A program made the translations under genes and the position numbers. The notes beneath the pieces are model-generated. The model ran no database searches, had not been told where the DNA came from, and saw only the letters and a list, made by a program, of their open reading frames with translations. From positions 26,536,303 to 26,600,302 of the forward strand of contig JAHRHZ010000140.1 in the NCBI GenBank assembly GCA_024137785.1: a stretch of 64,000 bases of DNA, written 5' to 3'. Shown in pieces: positions 13,976 to 28,429 of this stretch. Each line of letters begins with the position of its first letter. Positions within the stretch are counted from its first letter, which is position 1. The DNA is from Ginglymostoma cirratum. Lineage: Eukaryota.

Positions 13976-15022
13976 CATTTTTTACAAGTCCATTCAGCAC
14001 TACAGGAAGAGAAAGACTAGTAAATCTGTTTAGTTGTTCTTCATTGATACTCTGTGAATACAAAATCAAAAAGGGTATGTAGATTCCTAATGTAAAGTTA
14101 GTAATTGTAATGATAATGTAAATGTGCTTCTGAGGTAAGCTGTGACATGGTTGTGACTTCAGTAATCTATGTTATTAATTTTCCACAAGACTGGAACCTC
14201 TACAGCATGAAGTATTGCTGTTTTGTAGCCTTTCCATCTTATACAGTCTATTATTAAACACTGTATAAAAGTAACTCAGATGTCTGGCCTGAGCTTGCTA
14301 TGAAGACCCAAAGAACACACAATGAAAGACTAATTAACCACAATACATATTTAAAGACTTTGTCCAATTCTGATACAAGCACGTTTCAACCAAAAAAAAA
14401 GGTTGAAACCAAAACAAGAGTTCCTCAAAAAATTGTACATGCAGGTTAAATAAATGTAAAGATTTCTGTGCTACTGACTCAGATTTGTAGGTTTATTTAT
14501 AATGACTTCAGCATGTTCAAAGTTTGCAATGTTAAACATTAATTGACTCTCTATAGAATAGACTTTGAGATTTGGTACATTCCAACGCTGTGAATCAAAG
14601 TTGAGGTTTCCAGTCTCATTATAACCAACAATGTGATAGTTGAATCTAGTAATTAGTTCGCCACTTATCCTGGTGGAATTAGAAACTAGGTATGAATTGA
14701 GGGAAAGGGGATTCAGTTCACTTTGATATTTATTTCTTGTCAAAAGTCTTCAAATATAGAGATCTGCACCCCAAAGGTTCTTTGTGACTCATCCTTCATA
14801 TGCTGATAGCTCACAGTCAAGAAGGAGTCAAGAAAGTGAGAGATGAAGGAGGTGCGACCACAAGTTTACAACTGCTGAACTACATATCACTCTTCAAGAA
14901 ATCCACATTGGAGAGGTTGCCCACTGGGCTTACAGGAAAGGATGCCCCAAAATCATGAGGGAAAGAACAGAGACTCCTCTCCCCATCAGCATAGCCAACA
15001 CCAGGTTCCTCTTTAGATGTTG

Positions 15023-15182
15023 GGAAGCTTGACGTTTCGGGCCTAGACCCTTCATCAGAAAATGAAGGGTCTAGGCCCGAAACTTCAAGCTTTCCTGCTC
15101 CTATGATGCTGCTTGGCCTGCTGTGTTCATCCAGCCCCATGCCTTGTTATCTTGGATTCTCCAGCATCTGCAGTACCTTTTA
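15023..15182. mobile_element. Hammerhead-bearing element, subfamily B, short inverted arm plus full arm
   Basis: Minus-strand core CTGATGA-A-GGGT-CTAG-GCCC-GAAAC-GTC at 15031-15058, with an inverted partial copy at ~15062-15093. TSD CCTCTTTAGATGTTG (15008-15022) / CCTCTTAAGATGTTG (15183-15197). Confidence 0.82.
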
Positions 15183-15499
15183 CCTCTTAAGATGTTGCTG
15201 CCTCAGCTCCAAAAGCCTCAAACTGCAGCTGTTGCAGTTACCTTACATGGCTTTGGCCTCTCTGAGAAACCTGGCTGCAGTATGAGGATGAGAAACGCAT
15301 TCCAAGCAAAAACAATAATAAGCAGCAGCTCAGAACATATATTGTAAAATATAAACTATGTTGTATTTTTAGTTAGATTGATTACCTTGTGATATAATCA
15401 AGATATATGAGCTCAGGTAGGTGTGAAATTGAATTTTTAATAAAGCTGGTCAGAAAAACAAACATACACACCATTATAAAGATAAGGTTTTTTGCACGG

Positions 15500-16705
15500 A
15501 TAAAGGCCTTTCAACCCATCATATCTTTGTCAGTCATCAAGCACCTACTTACTTTAGTCCCACCTTTCAGCACTTGACCTGTAACCTGGCATGCTACGGT
15601 GTTTCTAATGTTCATCTAAATACTGTTAAGTGTGATGGTTCCCTCTTCAACAGCCTTTCAGGTTGTGAGTCCCAGATACTCCCCATCACCTGGATGAAAA
15701 TATTCTTCCTTAAATTCCCTCTATACCCCTGATTCTTACCTTAAATCTTTGCTCCTTGGTTATTGATTCCTCGACTAAGAAGAAAGGTTTCTTCTTAACT
15801 ATGTCTCTCATAATTTTGTACACCTTGATCAGATCCCTCCTTTAGCTTTTCTGCTCTAAGGAAAATGACCCCAGCCTGTCTCGACTTTGATCATAGTTCC
15901 AGCCCAGGCAACATGCTGATCAATCTCTTCAGCATCCTCTTCAAGGCAATCACATCCCTCCTATACTGTGGTGAACAGAACCCCATACAGTGCTCCAGCT
16001 ATGGCTTAACTAACATCTTATAAAGGTAAAATCACCATTGTCTTACCAGGCCAGGCAGGGCAGGTCTCTAAATAGACAGAGACAACTGGTGGTGGTTTTA
16101 CCCAAGGGTCTTCACACCTCAAGCAGGGGGAGAGGCTGAGAAGGAGAGTTCTTCATGATAACCTCAGCTGGTGTGGGAATCAAACTCACATTGTTGGTGT
16201 CACTCTGTATCTCAAACTAGCCATACAGGCGAGTGAGCTAACTGCCCCCCACTAATATCTTATACAACTCCATCATATTCCTCCAGCTCTTGCACTCAAT
16301 GTCTTGAATGCAAAAACAAGTATTCTATTTGCCTTCTCAACCACCATAGCCACATATCCATCTATCCTGTTGCTTTCAAGGATCTGTGAACTTGTTTTTT
16401 TTATGAATTCATGGGATGAAGGCATCGCTGGCTAGGCCAGCATTTATTGCTCATCCTTAATTGTGCAGTGAGAGGTTAAGAGTCAACCACATTGCTTTGG
16501 GTCTGGAATCACATATACACAGATGTCTGTATCTCATGTACATCACACCAAGGACCTGCTGTCTATCCTAGGGCCCTGCTATTCATTGTGTGCTCCCTTG
16601 CCTTGATAGCCCTCCCAAAATGCATCATCCTCACACTTGTCCTGATTAAATTCCATTTGTTACTGTTCTGGTCATCTGACCAGCCCATCTACATCATCCT
16701 GTAGA
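15500..16705 (-). mobile_element. CR1-type LINE 3' part with nested SINE insertions
   Basis: Reverse CR1 tail and ORF2 end (CTGGAGCACTGTATGGGGTTCTG on minus), interrupted at 16023-16250 and ~16395-16520. Confidence 0.8.
16023..16250 (-). mobile_element. tRNA-derived SINE nested in CR1
   Basis: Minus-strand A box TAGCTCACTCG and B-box-like GAGTTTGATTCCC. TSD ACTAACATCTTATA (16009-16022) / ACTAATATCTTATA (16251-16264). Confidence 0.75.
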
Positions 16706-17091
16706 CTAAGGAGGTGTGGAATATACAAGGAACATTTTGAATTAACCAAATTCTGAAGCAATGTTCAGGAGAAAAATAATTTGTTCTATTACTAATGATC
16801 TCCCTATTATTTTGGAATTGTGACCAGTGGATGGAATAGAAGTAAACACAATGCGAGAGAACTGCCTGTCAGCAGACTGCAGAGTCTTGTCAACTCTATT
16901 GACAGGAAAACCTTACCCTCAAGTCCTATTGTCCTCTCATTTTGCTGGATGCTTGGTATAACATTTGTCCCTTTATTGTGACATCCCCTTTTAATTGTTC
17001 CCATCCATTTGATATACACAGAGATTTCTACAGATAGCCCATGCAATCCACATCGCTGTTGACATTTTGTAACTAAACTGACCTAGCAGCT

Positions 17092-17186
17092 AAGATAACA
17101 AAGTTTAGAGCTGGATGAACACAGCAGGCCAAGCAGCATCAGAGGAGCAGGAAAGCTGACATTTCGGGCCTAGACCCTTCTTCAGA
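17092..17186 (-). mobile_element. Hammerhead-bearing element, subfamily B, single arm
   Basis: Minus strand reads CTGAAGAAGGGTCTAGGCCCGAAATGTCAGC...CTTTGTTATCT. No clear TSD. Confidence 0.75.
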
Positions 17187-18309
17187 TTCTGTCTAAAACC
17201 AACAAATTGTCATTTTGGCAACTTAACACTGAAGAGCAATAATTGGCTTAAGAATCCATAAAAAGCAGCTGGCATAGAAAATGAAAAACTTCATTGCTGC
17301 AAATGGAAAACTTTTCCAAGGTTTGGTTCAGCACGTATTAAAAAATGGCAAATGCTATGATTTGCCCACAGTAAAGTTACAATAAATGAATCGTTCTTTC
17401 AAGTCGATTTTGAAGTCTATAACTAGAAAATAAGTGGTATTTATTGGTCAGAATTTCATTTATTTTGGAAGCTCTTGCCATTTTACTATTTTGTTCTAAC
17501 AGCAAGAAGGCAAGTAACTCTGCATTTTCATAAGCATTGCACACTAAGGTCAGATGTGTTGCCTCAGTTGCCAATAAAATAATTAAAGAATATAGAAAGT
17601 GAATTATTTTATAAACATATTTGCAATGCTGACATTGGCATGTGCACTCATGGATTTTCACTGCTGATCCATCTGTTTTACATTTACTTAAACTTGCTAC
17701 TGAATTCATTTAACACCGACTCATCTCAGACGAATGAATAATTTTCAGGTCAACCTGCTGAGTGTGTTTTGAATGTGAAAGGAAATTGATTGAATGTAGC
17801 TTGAAATCTAATAGGAGAAATGCCTTAAGATTGACTCAATGAGTAGCCTGTAGTTAGACTGTGTGCTTGGAAGGAGTTTTCTGAATTAAACTATGAAGGT
17901 TTGTCCAAATAAAAAGTGATTGGAGCTGTCTGAGCCATAGGCCCAAAATGGATTTTAAGTTACTGAATACAGATGTCCTACTGATCTGGACCTGTATTTG
18001 CTTCCTCTCTTCACAAAAACCTGAGAAAGCAGGGTATGAATAGATGTATGGACATGACTAGGCACCAGTCCTACATTAATTTTAAAATCACCAGGGATAT
18101 CACGAGAGACTCTTCAGCCCATCACTCAAATCGGTCAATAAGATGGAAACTTCTTTTACAAAAAAGTTATATTTGTGTTTTTTTGACATTAACCTTCCGT
18201 CTTTCATTATTAGACTTCAGGCCTTGATTTTAATTTTAGTCCTATTTGTTTGAGCTGCTTTTGCAATAGGAAGTTTAGGAGTTCTTTACTCTTTTATTAC
18301 TCACTCATT

Positions 18310-18760
18310 AGACCATAAGACATAGGAACAGAAATTTGGCCATTCGGCCCATTGGGTCAGCTCCACCATTCAATCATGGCTGATAAATTTCTCAACCCCG
18401 TTCTCTGCTTTCTCCCCATAACGTTTGATCCCTTGACAGTCAAGGATATGGGAAATGCTGGCTGCCCAGTAATTATTGCCCATTCTTAGTTGCCCAAAAG
18501 AAGGTAGCAGTGAGTATCTGAGAAGTCACAAATGGTGCTGAATATTGTGCAATCATCAGCAGACATCCTCACTTCTGGCCTCATGAGGGAGGGAAGGTCA
18601 TTGGTGAAGCAACTGCAGATGGTTGTGCCTAGGACTCTACTCTGAGGAACTCCTGCAGAGAAGTATTGGAGCTGAGATAATTGACCTCCAATAATCACAA
18701 CATCTTCCCACGTGCCAGGTATGACCCTAACAACTGGAGAGATGTCCCCAACTCTCAATG
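18310..18760 (-). mobile_element. CR1 tail plus fragment of another non-LTR RT
   Basis: CR1 tail at 18310-18445. ORF 18486-18758 carries GVPQ..VLG...NDLP...ADDCT RT motifs. Confidence 0.75.
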
Positions 18761-19810
18761 AAGATTGTCTAGAATATGTAGAAGGCTGTGGAAATTTAGA
18801 ATAGAAAATTTATAACAGAAAGGTAAAGGCTGCAGAAGTTTATGATTAAGTTTATCACCTAGGACAAGTTCTGCTGAGATCAGGGAAGGCAAGATACAAT
18901 CCAGCATGAGGTAATTCAGCATCAGTTAGCAGTCAGTCTAGAACTCACTCAATAGCTCAAGATTCAGGAAGAACAGGAACAGTAGAAGTTCCCAATCATT
19001 CTAATCTCTCAGAGGTCTGTACCATGCTTGAAAAGGAAAGTGAAGGAGCCAGTTCATGATTGCCAGCTCATCAAAATGAAGTTGTACAAATTCTCAAATA
19101 GATAGTAAATAAAAGGACAAAGACTGTATTGCATTCAATAGGTATTTGACAAGTTTGAGAGTCTAAGAACTTTATCTCATCAAATCTCATCAAATTATTT
19201 CAGTCCCAGATATTGGCCTCAACTATAAGTTTATAATGGACGAGCAGTTAATGCTGAGTTACTATGGCATGACTGCCCTTGTAATCTCTGCAGTTTATTT
19301 TGCAATTTACCTCAATGAACTTTGAAAACTCCTTTTAAATGCTCATGACTATGCTAACGTTAATAAATAATTGCTAGTTCATGACCTTCCTGCTTTCTTT
19401 TATAATTGGCAAAGTAGGCTTAATTGATTCACGAAGGAGGTTAAGTTTAGCCTGGTGAGCAGTTGTGGTGTAAATACTAACACAATTTAAATTGGTTTCA
19501 ACATGCCAACTTGAACAAAATTAACTTACAGGCATTGGCATGGTGGTAAACCTCTGCTGATTCTTGAAATTGGGTGGCAACGTGAAGGAGTTAAGAATTT
19601 AACCAGTGCTACTGATGACAATTTGTTGCTGTGTATCAATCCGAGTGTTTTTATTATCCTCGAACATGTAAACTTTCTCCATAAGGCCACTGGCAGAATG
19701 ATCCGATTTAGAAACAGCAATAACTTTGCTTTAATTATTTGTTTTCTTTAGTGTGACATCAAAATCCCAACTTGCTCATTTTATCTCATGCCTCTTATAT
19801 AATACTTTCT

Positions 19811-20145
19811 AGAATCATAGGATCTCTACAATATGGAAGCAGGCCATTCAGCCCACTGAATTCACACTGACCCTCTGAAAAGCATCCCACCCTGTCCCTG
19901 TAACCCTGCATTTCCCGTGGTTAATCCACTTAGCCTGCACATCCCTGGACACTACAGACAATTTAGCACAGCCAATCCACCTAACCTATATATCTTTGGA
20001 CTGTGTGAGGAAACACGAGCATACAGAGGAAGCTCACACAGCCACAGGGAGAATGGGTAAATTCCACACAGACAGTTGCCCAAGGCTGGAATCAAACTCA
20101 GGTGCCTGGTGCTGTGAGGAAGCAGTGCTAACCGTTGAGCCATTG
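19811..20145 (-). mobile_element. V-SINE (HE1-like)
   Basis: Reverse complement of the 7380-7729 family. Confidence 0.87.
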
Positions 20146-20719
20146 TACAACCCAAGGTGCAAATATCTTGAAGAATCTGTTGTAGTGACTTGTTTTTGAA
20201 CTTCACTTTTGTCCTGAACATTTTAAACGAAGGAATATCATCATTTCAAGCATCTGATAGTCAGCAAGTCTCTCCTCCATTCTCCACCCTTCAAAGCTGG
20301 TTCTGTACCAGATATTGTCAGGCAATCACCACCAGCTTATTTCAATAGGAAAGGTGTTTGAATTGATCCATTTTGCCATCCTGTTTGCAATCTGCCTACA
20401 TTTTAATGAATGGACAAGAACGCCTCCTTATCTCCCTCCCACTCCCAGCTGTTTCACATTTTAAAGTTTCTGTGACAGATTGTGTTACAGAGTCATTTGG
20501 ATTCTCTGTTAATCCTCAGATTCCAGGTTTGTGATTCACTATCTTTATCATTGTGCTTGTTACTCGTCATCAAAATGTACTGATTAACCCCAATGGTACC
20601 TTTTCTTTATTCGCTCACAGGATGTGTGTGTCACTTGTTGGGCACACTGAAGGAGCAATAATATATTTCTAAGTCATGATGGTGACTGACCTGGGGGAGA
20701 ACTTGCAGATTCCCATGTG

Positions 20720-20892
20720 CTTTAATTTTGTTAACCAATGTCCTGTGGGACTTTTATCAAAAGCATTTGGAAAATTCAAGTATACTGTGTTCATCAACTT
20801 CCCTTTATCAATTTTATTAGTACCGTCAAACACTCCAACAAGTTCGTGAAACACTATTTTTGATTCATAAACCCAAGTTGACTCTGCCCAAT
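20720..20892 (-). mobile_element. CR1 RT fragment
   Basis: TNKIDKG...VYLNFPNAFDK (DFxKAFD motif). Confidence 0.7.
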
Positions 20893-20907
20893 AACTGTAA
20901 CCAACAG

Positions 20908-21147
20908 AGATAACAAGGTGTAGAGCTGGATGAACACAGCAGGTCAAGCAGCATCAGAGGAGCAGGAAGGCTGACGTTTCAGGCCTAGATCCTTCTTCAG
21001 AAAAATTTTCAGATTTTCTGAAGAAGGAGGTAGGCCCGAAACGTCAGCCTTCCTGCTCCTCTGATACTGCTTGGCCTGCTGTGTTCATCCAGCTCTACAC
21101 CTTGTTACCTCAGATTCTCCAGCATCTGCAATTCCTACTATCTCTGA
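20908..21147. mobile_element. Hammerhead-bearing element, subfamily B, full palindromic copy with tail
   Basis: ~100-bp inverted arms (~20906-21004 and ~21014-21112), each with CTGAAGA...GAAACGTC, then a ~35-nt tail. Perfect 15-bp TSD AACTGTAACCAACAG (20893-20907 / 21148-21162). Confidence 0.88.
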
Positions 21148-22254
21148 AACTGTAACCAACAGTTTGGGATGCAGGCTTCAGGCAAGTTGATAGTTGTCAA
21201 TTGAAAAAATTCCAAGTCTTTCACAATTTGCTTAAATGCAAGTTATCCAAAAGAGTTTTATTTCCCTGAGGGATTTTAATTGGTAATCCAAAGTTTTATT
21301 TAGAGTAGTGATGTATAGCCATGTCTATCATGTCTACTTGCTCCCAAAGTGGCCTGGGCAAGATATATCTTCTGTTGTTGTCTTAATTTTGTACTCTTTT
21401 GCTTAAATGCTCCATCATGACAACTACAGAGTGAAACTGCATCTGTTGATTGAAAGAAATATATGCACTGCTATCGAGTAAGAAATACTCTTGAGGAAAA
21501 CCTTAGGTATAGATTTTCTGACAAGTGACAATACTGCACAGATTGCCACACCAGCCTCTCCTTTTCAGGAAAGAATGGAGCTCTGCAATTTGGACAGGAG
21601 ATTCCACTCTACTCTCAATTAGAAATGCAGAACTGTACTTCCATTCTGACAGTTTTTCCATTGCACAAAACTGTCAGAGGTAGACGAAGCAAACTCCTTT
21701 TTCACAGCAGACAGCTGTTGTATTCTGATATTTAAAGATCCTGACAGCCACTTTGAGAGCTACTGTCAAACCATAAGTAACTGCGAAGATAGGTGCTAGG
21801 TGATAGAAGGACAGGACATCAGGTAAATAGAAGGTCAAGCAGCATAGATACCAGGTAAGTAAGATGCCAAGTGGATAGTATGCCAATTTGGCATGTTGCC
21901 AGCTGGGGTGGGGGAGATGGTGCCAGGGTCCACGATGGCAGGTAAGTGTTTAGGGTCAATTCAAGACAACGATCTGTGGCAAATCTAGGCCACTTGTAGA
22001 CTGAAGAAACTAGTTGTCCTTTCAATCTCAGGGAATTGTGGCTGCTATATATGGAGACAATCTCCTGTTCCTAATCCAGTTTTGTCTTATACTGGGCTTA
22101 TGCCACTGGATCTGTGGGTAGTTGGGATGCAGAGAGTAAAGACTAGCTAATAATAATTAACATCAAATGGTGCTATGCCCAAATTTGCTAGTTTTGTTAC
22201 GTGAAATTGTGTTTGTCTACTGGCAACAAGTGTACACTACGTGTTATAATTATA

Positions 22255-23040
22255 TCACATGAGCAAGGAGTAAGAGCAGGCCACTTGGTTATTTAGGCCT
22301 GCTACACCATTCAATTGCATGATGGCAGCTGTGTTTTCAATTGCAATTCTACATTCCCGCCTACCTGGACAATCATTCATCCCCTTGGTGGTCACGGATC
22401 TATTTGTCTGTCTATCTATCTGTCTATCTACCCACCACTGTCTTAAAAAAAAAATTCTGCATCCATTACTTTTTGAGGAATGGAATTCCAGAATCCTCAG
22501 AGAAAAATATTTCCTCATCTCTGTTTTAAATGGGTGACCACCTATTTTTAAAACTGTGATTCCCAGTTCTAGGTACTCACGCAAAAAGAAACATCCTTCC
22601 AACATCCACCCGGTCATGTCCCCTCAGGATCTTGTATGTTTCAATTAATTCACTTCTGACTCCTCTAAACTCCACACAATACAGACCTAACCTGTATAGC
22701 CTTTCCTCATCAGGCAATCTGCTCATCCGGGTATTTGTCAAATATATCTTCTCTGAACTTCTTTCAATGCATCAACATTGTTAGGAATAGGATTAAAATA
22801 GTTAGGTAGTTGGTGTTGATTAGGACAGACTCAAAGGGCTGAAGGACCTTTTTTTCTGTGTTATAGACCACTATGACTGTAACATCCTTTCATAAGTACA
22901 GTAACCTGTACAGAGAACTCCAGATTCAGTCGCACCAATGCCCTGTATAACTGAAGCATAACATTCCTAACCTTGAATTTAATTCTTCTTGCAATAAAAC
23001 TTAACATTCCATTCATTTTCCTGATTACTTGCTGATAGCT
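22255..23040 (-). mobile_element. CR1-type LINE 3' fragment
   Basis: NGMLSFIAR...VMLQLYRALVRLNLE and FKTEMRKYFS motifs. Contains a short TATC/TGTC microsatellite at ~22400-22430. Confidence 0.82.
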
Positions 23041-24124
23041 TTTCTGTGTAGATGAGCAGCACATTGACAATGAGAAGAAATACCCCCCATATTACTAAAT
23101 TATCTTTCTTTGGTTACTTTACTAAATGGGTTAAAATGGCATTTGTTAACAATACTATGACTGTAATTTCTATGAAGTGGTAATTTGAATGCCCTAAGTT
23201 AAATAGCTTATAACGAGATTAGTTCATTTGTCATGGCTTTGAACAGCCTTGCATGATTACACATGAACACTGAGCACCGTAAAGCTGCTCTACATCCAGT
23301 CAGATAAAGCCAACAATGAAGGAAAATTTATTCAACCAAGCTTACTGATCATAGATGCATAAAACTGCATCTGTTCATGAAATATGTGTGTCATAGATTC
23401 TGTTCAGATTGTCAAAATCATGATTTTGTGAATATACTGCACAAACATATACGAACTGAAGTGCATGTGCTGTGGCATTCACCAGACAGCAGATTCCTCA
23501 GCATCAGCAATGACATAAAAACAACCGTTGTTTAAAGATTTCAATCATGACTTACACTTCTGGCTTCCCAACTTCTGCCAATGTATGTGGAATGCCAATT
23601 GAAATGAGTTATGTGAAAAACTACTGACTTGAATGTATGGGCTTGGTGTTCAGTCATTCCTACCCAATGTAAATCATAGACGCGTATGCAGCAATAGCAA
23701 TTTCTATTGCTGTTCCCCTGACAAGTATTTCCCCCCAGAGTAGAAGCAAAGCATCACCCCTTTCAGTGATTCTCAAGTTCTTCAGGTAAATGTTGAATAT
23801 GACAGCCAGATTTCAGTGAAAGCCCTATGGCGAGCATGAGTGTGATGATGAGTGGGAGTGCTATAGTAGAAAATAAACATTTAATGAGTATGCTTTTGGG
23901 ATAAGGTACCTGAAATATAACTTTTATAACAGCTGGTGTGATTAACATGAAAAGTCTTTAAAAAAGAATACCAAATTTCTGTCAAGTAGGTAATTTTGTA
24001 TGTAATCTATTTAGCTGCTGTTCTGTCCATCTTTTGCCAATGAAGATAACCTTCAATAACTTATCTTACAATTTATTACTGGAAACAACATATCCAAATT
24101 ATCACTCTATATGTGCATAGATTA

Positions 24125-24313
<189 letters not shown>

Positions 24314-24434
24314 CTAAAATTCAACGCAAGAGAGTCATCATATTGTGGACACTCACAAAATGGGACTAAAAGGTGAATTTGTAAAGTCCAGTTCATGTAA
24401 ATATATGTAGGGAGCAACAACTTCTGGAAGTTTA

Positions 24435-24674
<240 letters not shown>

Positions 24675-27600
24675 TCAAGCAGAACTAAAATTAAACCAAA
24701 CATTGCTTACCCCAAATAATTTAAAATTTATTTTCTTCAATACCCTATTCATTGGGCTATTGCATGCAATTACCATTTAAACTAGAAAACTCATCAGTTA
24801 CACTATTCTATTCCCTAGATTCCAACTAAGGGTAACTAGCTGTAAAACAAAGCAAAGTCTAATATATTAACCACTCTTAGCTTGGCTTTTGGAAGGAAAA
24901 TGTCAATATTTCATATAATATTCTGCTTGCTTCAAGTTGCTTGCTTTATGTTAGAAGTTTCAACATTATTTACTTTCAGCTGAAAACTTCTTTTATATTG
25001 TAAATACTCAAGTCATTTTTACAATTCATGAATTAGATCACAAGATCAATTTGGCTTGAAAGGACCTTTCATTCCAGTTATTCTCATCTTTCTAAATACC
25101 ACGCAATAACATTCCAATAGCAGTCAGTGAATTGAGTGTAATTTCCATTTCAAACTATGTGAAGTTATGCCATTTAATTCCAAATCATAGAAATCAATTC
25201 CATTTAGTTGGAAACATTAAGTCATTGATTCATTGACCACCCTAAACTAGAGCTGTATAAATATCGGGGAGTTTATTTTGGACAAACTTTTCAATGTTTA
25301 AAGGAAGTTGGACCCAACCCTGGATCCTGAGTAAAGGCTGTTTCGTCAATTCCATTACAGATATCCAACATAGAGGCAAGCGATTTATACAATTTTTGAG
25401 TAACGTCTGAACTTTCTTCCACTATGTAGAATGTCACCAAATAGATTGCTCCAATTCTAACTTTCAGCCCCGTACGTACGTCAGTAATTCAGCCCATTTA
25501 ATATTTGTTGATAATTGGCAAATTGAATTGGATTGATACTCCCTCAAAGGTTCCTGAGACTGTTGATATTGGTATGATTAAAATAAGCATAGTTCTCAAA
25601 TTGCCTTTCGTTAAGTGTCAGTTCTAAAGGTTTTGCACCATATTTCATTTTAAAACTAAGTTCAATTTTTATCTGTCACAGAAATGCAGCCTAGCGAACA
25701 GCTGACTTGATCAAGGGGTGTCACTGGATGACTTGGCCAATTTTAATAGCCAGCCCACACTAGTGTATTAACTGCAGGCTTCCCAATCAAAATAACTTAG
25801 AATCTTGTGTGGAAGCTGAAATCATGAGATTCTGAGACCACCAGTCTGGACCAGGGTAACAGTCTCCACATGTAATAAGTGTCCTAGAAGAACTGGCAAA
25901 GAGATTCTCAGTCAGTTGATGAGGGATATACACCCGTTCCATAAAAAAACAATAAAATGTTAAGATTTTACACTTAGTTCCATCATTTCTGGCCTAAGAT
26001 TTTCATTCAAATGGTTTTGGATTAATGGGGAAGCCATCACTCCCCCTCCACAAATTGGGCTTTAGCTTCAGTCAGTTTTGAGGAAAGGCTCAGGCCTTGG
26101 TGAGTACAGCAGTCATTTCACAATCATATCATTGGAGACTTTTTGCACATATGAAAAGGATGTTGCTGGCTTTTGGCAATTCAAAATTGCATTTTCAAAT
26201 TCCAGATTAGGAATTTCTCCGGCTCCATTTTAATTGATTTTCTTTCTGGTTTCTATCAGGTGGATTGTGTTAAATCAATCTTATTGTTTGCAATTTAATA
26301 TGTTTTGCAAAAAGTAAGTAAATCTTCCATAGCATTACTCAGAAAATTGACCAACATTTATATTTAATAGCAGGAGTGTTTGTATTGTGCAATGTATTTT
26401 CATTGTGAAATGAAACAGTGATCTTTTACAAAGTCTTGATCCCTGCTCAGTAGATGGAGTATCCAATCAGAGTCACACTGCTTTTTAAAATCTCTTCAAG
26501 ATGAGGGTCATTTCATGATTAATTGCAGTTTAATGTGCTAGGTTTATTTTTCTGAGATATACTCTGTTGAATTCCTATTTTTCCAGAACAAAGCTCAGGA
26601 AAACAGCGGTTGTACAATTGACCCTCCAGAAGTTAGCCCATTTTAGTCAACCTGTTTGGACACATTGTGACATACCTTCAGGCAGGTGGGGCTTGAATCA
26701 GACCTCTTGGCCCAGAGATAGGGAAACTACCCAGAGTCACAAGTCCATTATATGCTGACAAGAGTTTATGCTATTTCCAAGGAAAAGCAAACTGGGCTTG
26801 CACTTGTGTGTGGGACAATTACATGCTGATGAAGCAGAAGGTGGCATTCTGAACCTTCTCATTTTATCATTGCAATACTGACTGGGTTATTGAGTGTGAA
26901 GGTGCACAGTGAAACATGTTACAGTCCGTCTTGTTATTCCTGGTCTTCTAATTCTGGTCCTCAAAATAAGTCTTTTTTTAAAGAGTAGGGAAAATGTTTC
27001 TTGGTTTCAGTGCAGCCAGCAAGGCTACGAATGCTTCTCCTCATTCAGCAAAACACTGTAGTCCTCACCTGCTCTATTTCTTGCCTTTGGTCCCACCCAC
27101 AGGACCATTCTACATGCTAACTTGGCATCAGAATTAGCCAGATCTCAATTGGTGAGCTATGCTGGGATGAGTTGGTACATGCAGCTCACCAGTTCAGTGC
27201 AAGTGGTAGTTGGCAGCCTATTCTATTCAGGTGTTCGGATTGTACTGCCTATTTCAGGTTGGGCTCAGTTATGAGAGTTCCTCTCTTTGTGCTTTCTTTC
27301 CTTTAATCTCCACTCATGAAAGAACAATTATCATAGTTGTTGACTGTATAGGATGGCTGGTGATAAACAAGACATGCATTATTGGGAACCAGTGACAAAT
27401 AGTATCATGAATGGGGGCCTGACTGCTAACATTTCAGAGTTGGCCTAGTTTATGAGTGGGTGGAAAATCCTACTTCAGTGCCTATGTTTATAAATGTGGT
27501 GGGAAGCATTGTTTAAATGAAGAAGCTAGCCATTGTATTCACTTCAATATTTACAGCAGTTAATAAAACATATTGGACCCCAGACACTTAAATGTTTGTT

Positions 27601-27710
27601 TCATGAGCACAATTTTTCGATGAATATTCAGGTTTCATCTGGGATATTTCATTAGAAAATTATGTATTTATGAGTGAATGTAAATTGTTGTAAAGAAAAT
27701 ACTTATCTTA

Positions 27711-27929
<219 letters not shown>

Positions 27930-28429
27930 TCAGTGAGAATTCAATGATTGGGGCTGAAAGCATCACAATGAGTTTTCAAGACGCTTAAAATGATATTTCT
28001 TAGCATCATTCTTACAGGTCTCTCATACAGCTCATTTAAATTGTATGCACTCTAAACATACCTTGACATATCCAAGGACGAGAATCATATAAAACATTCA
28101 GAAGATCAGGCAAGTGAGTAGTAAGCAATGATAAGGCATTAATAAATCATCAGTCAACTAAAGTTGTATTAAAGACAGTCTTTCATGCTTAATTAAGTGA
28201 ATAAATTGATTTGCTCCTTATTTTATATCTGTATCAGGGTGTAATTTTCAAAGTTAATGATGCACATTTGTATCATATGTTGAGCTGTAATCTTGTGAAA
28301 AAAAAACTCAATAATCTGATGAAGTAACAATGTGATACAGAAATCATGCTGGTGTGAAAATTTCAAACCTGGCATGTTCATTTTGTACAATAATCTTTGG
28401 CAATGTTGGGATAAGTGAACAGAGCAGTT

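Noticed and set aside
20908-21147. MITE or pre-miRNA interpretation of the long inverted repeats
   Set aside because: TSDs are long and variable (12-15 bp), single-arm copies have their own TSDs, and the arms are asymmetric with a tail. This fits retrotransposition rather than a cut-and-paste MITE or a miRNA gene.
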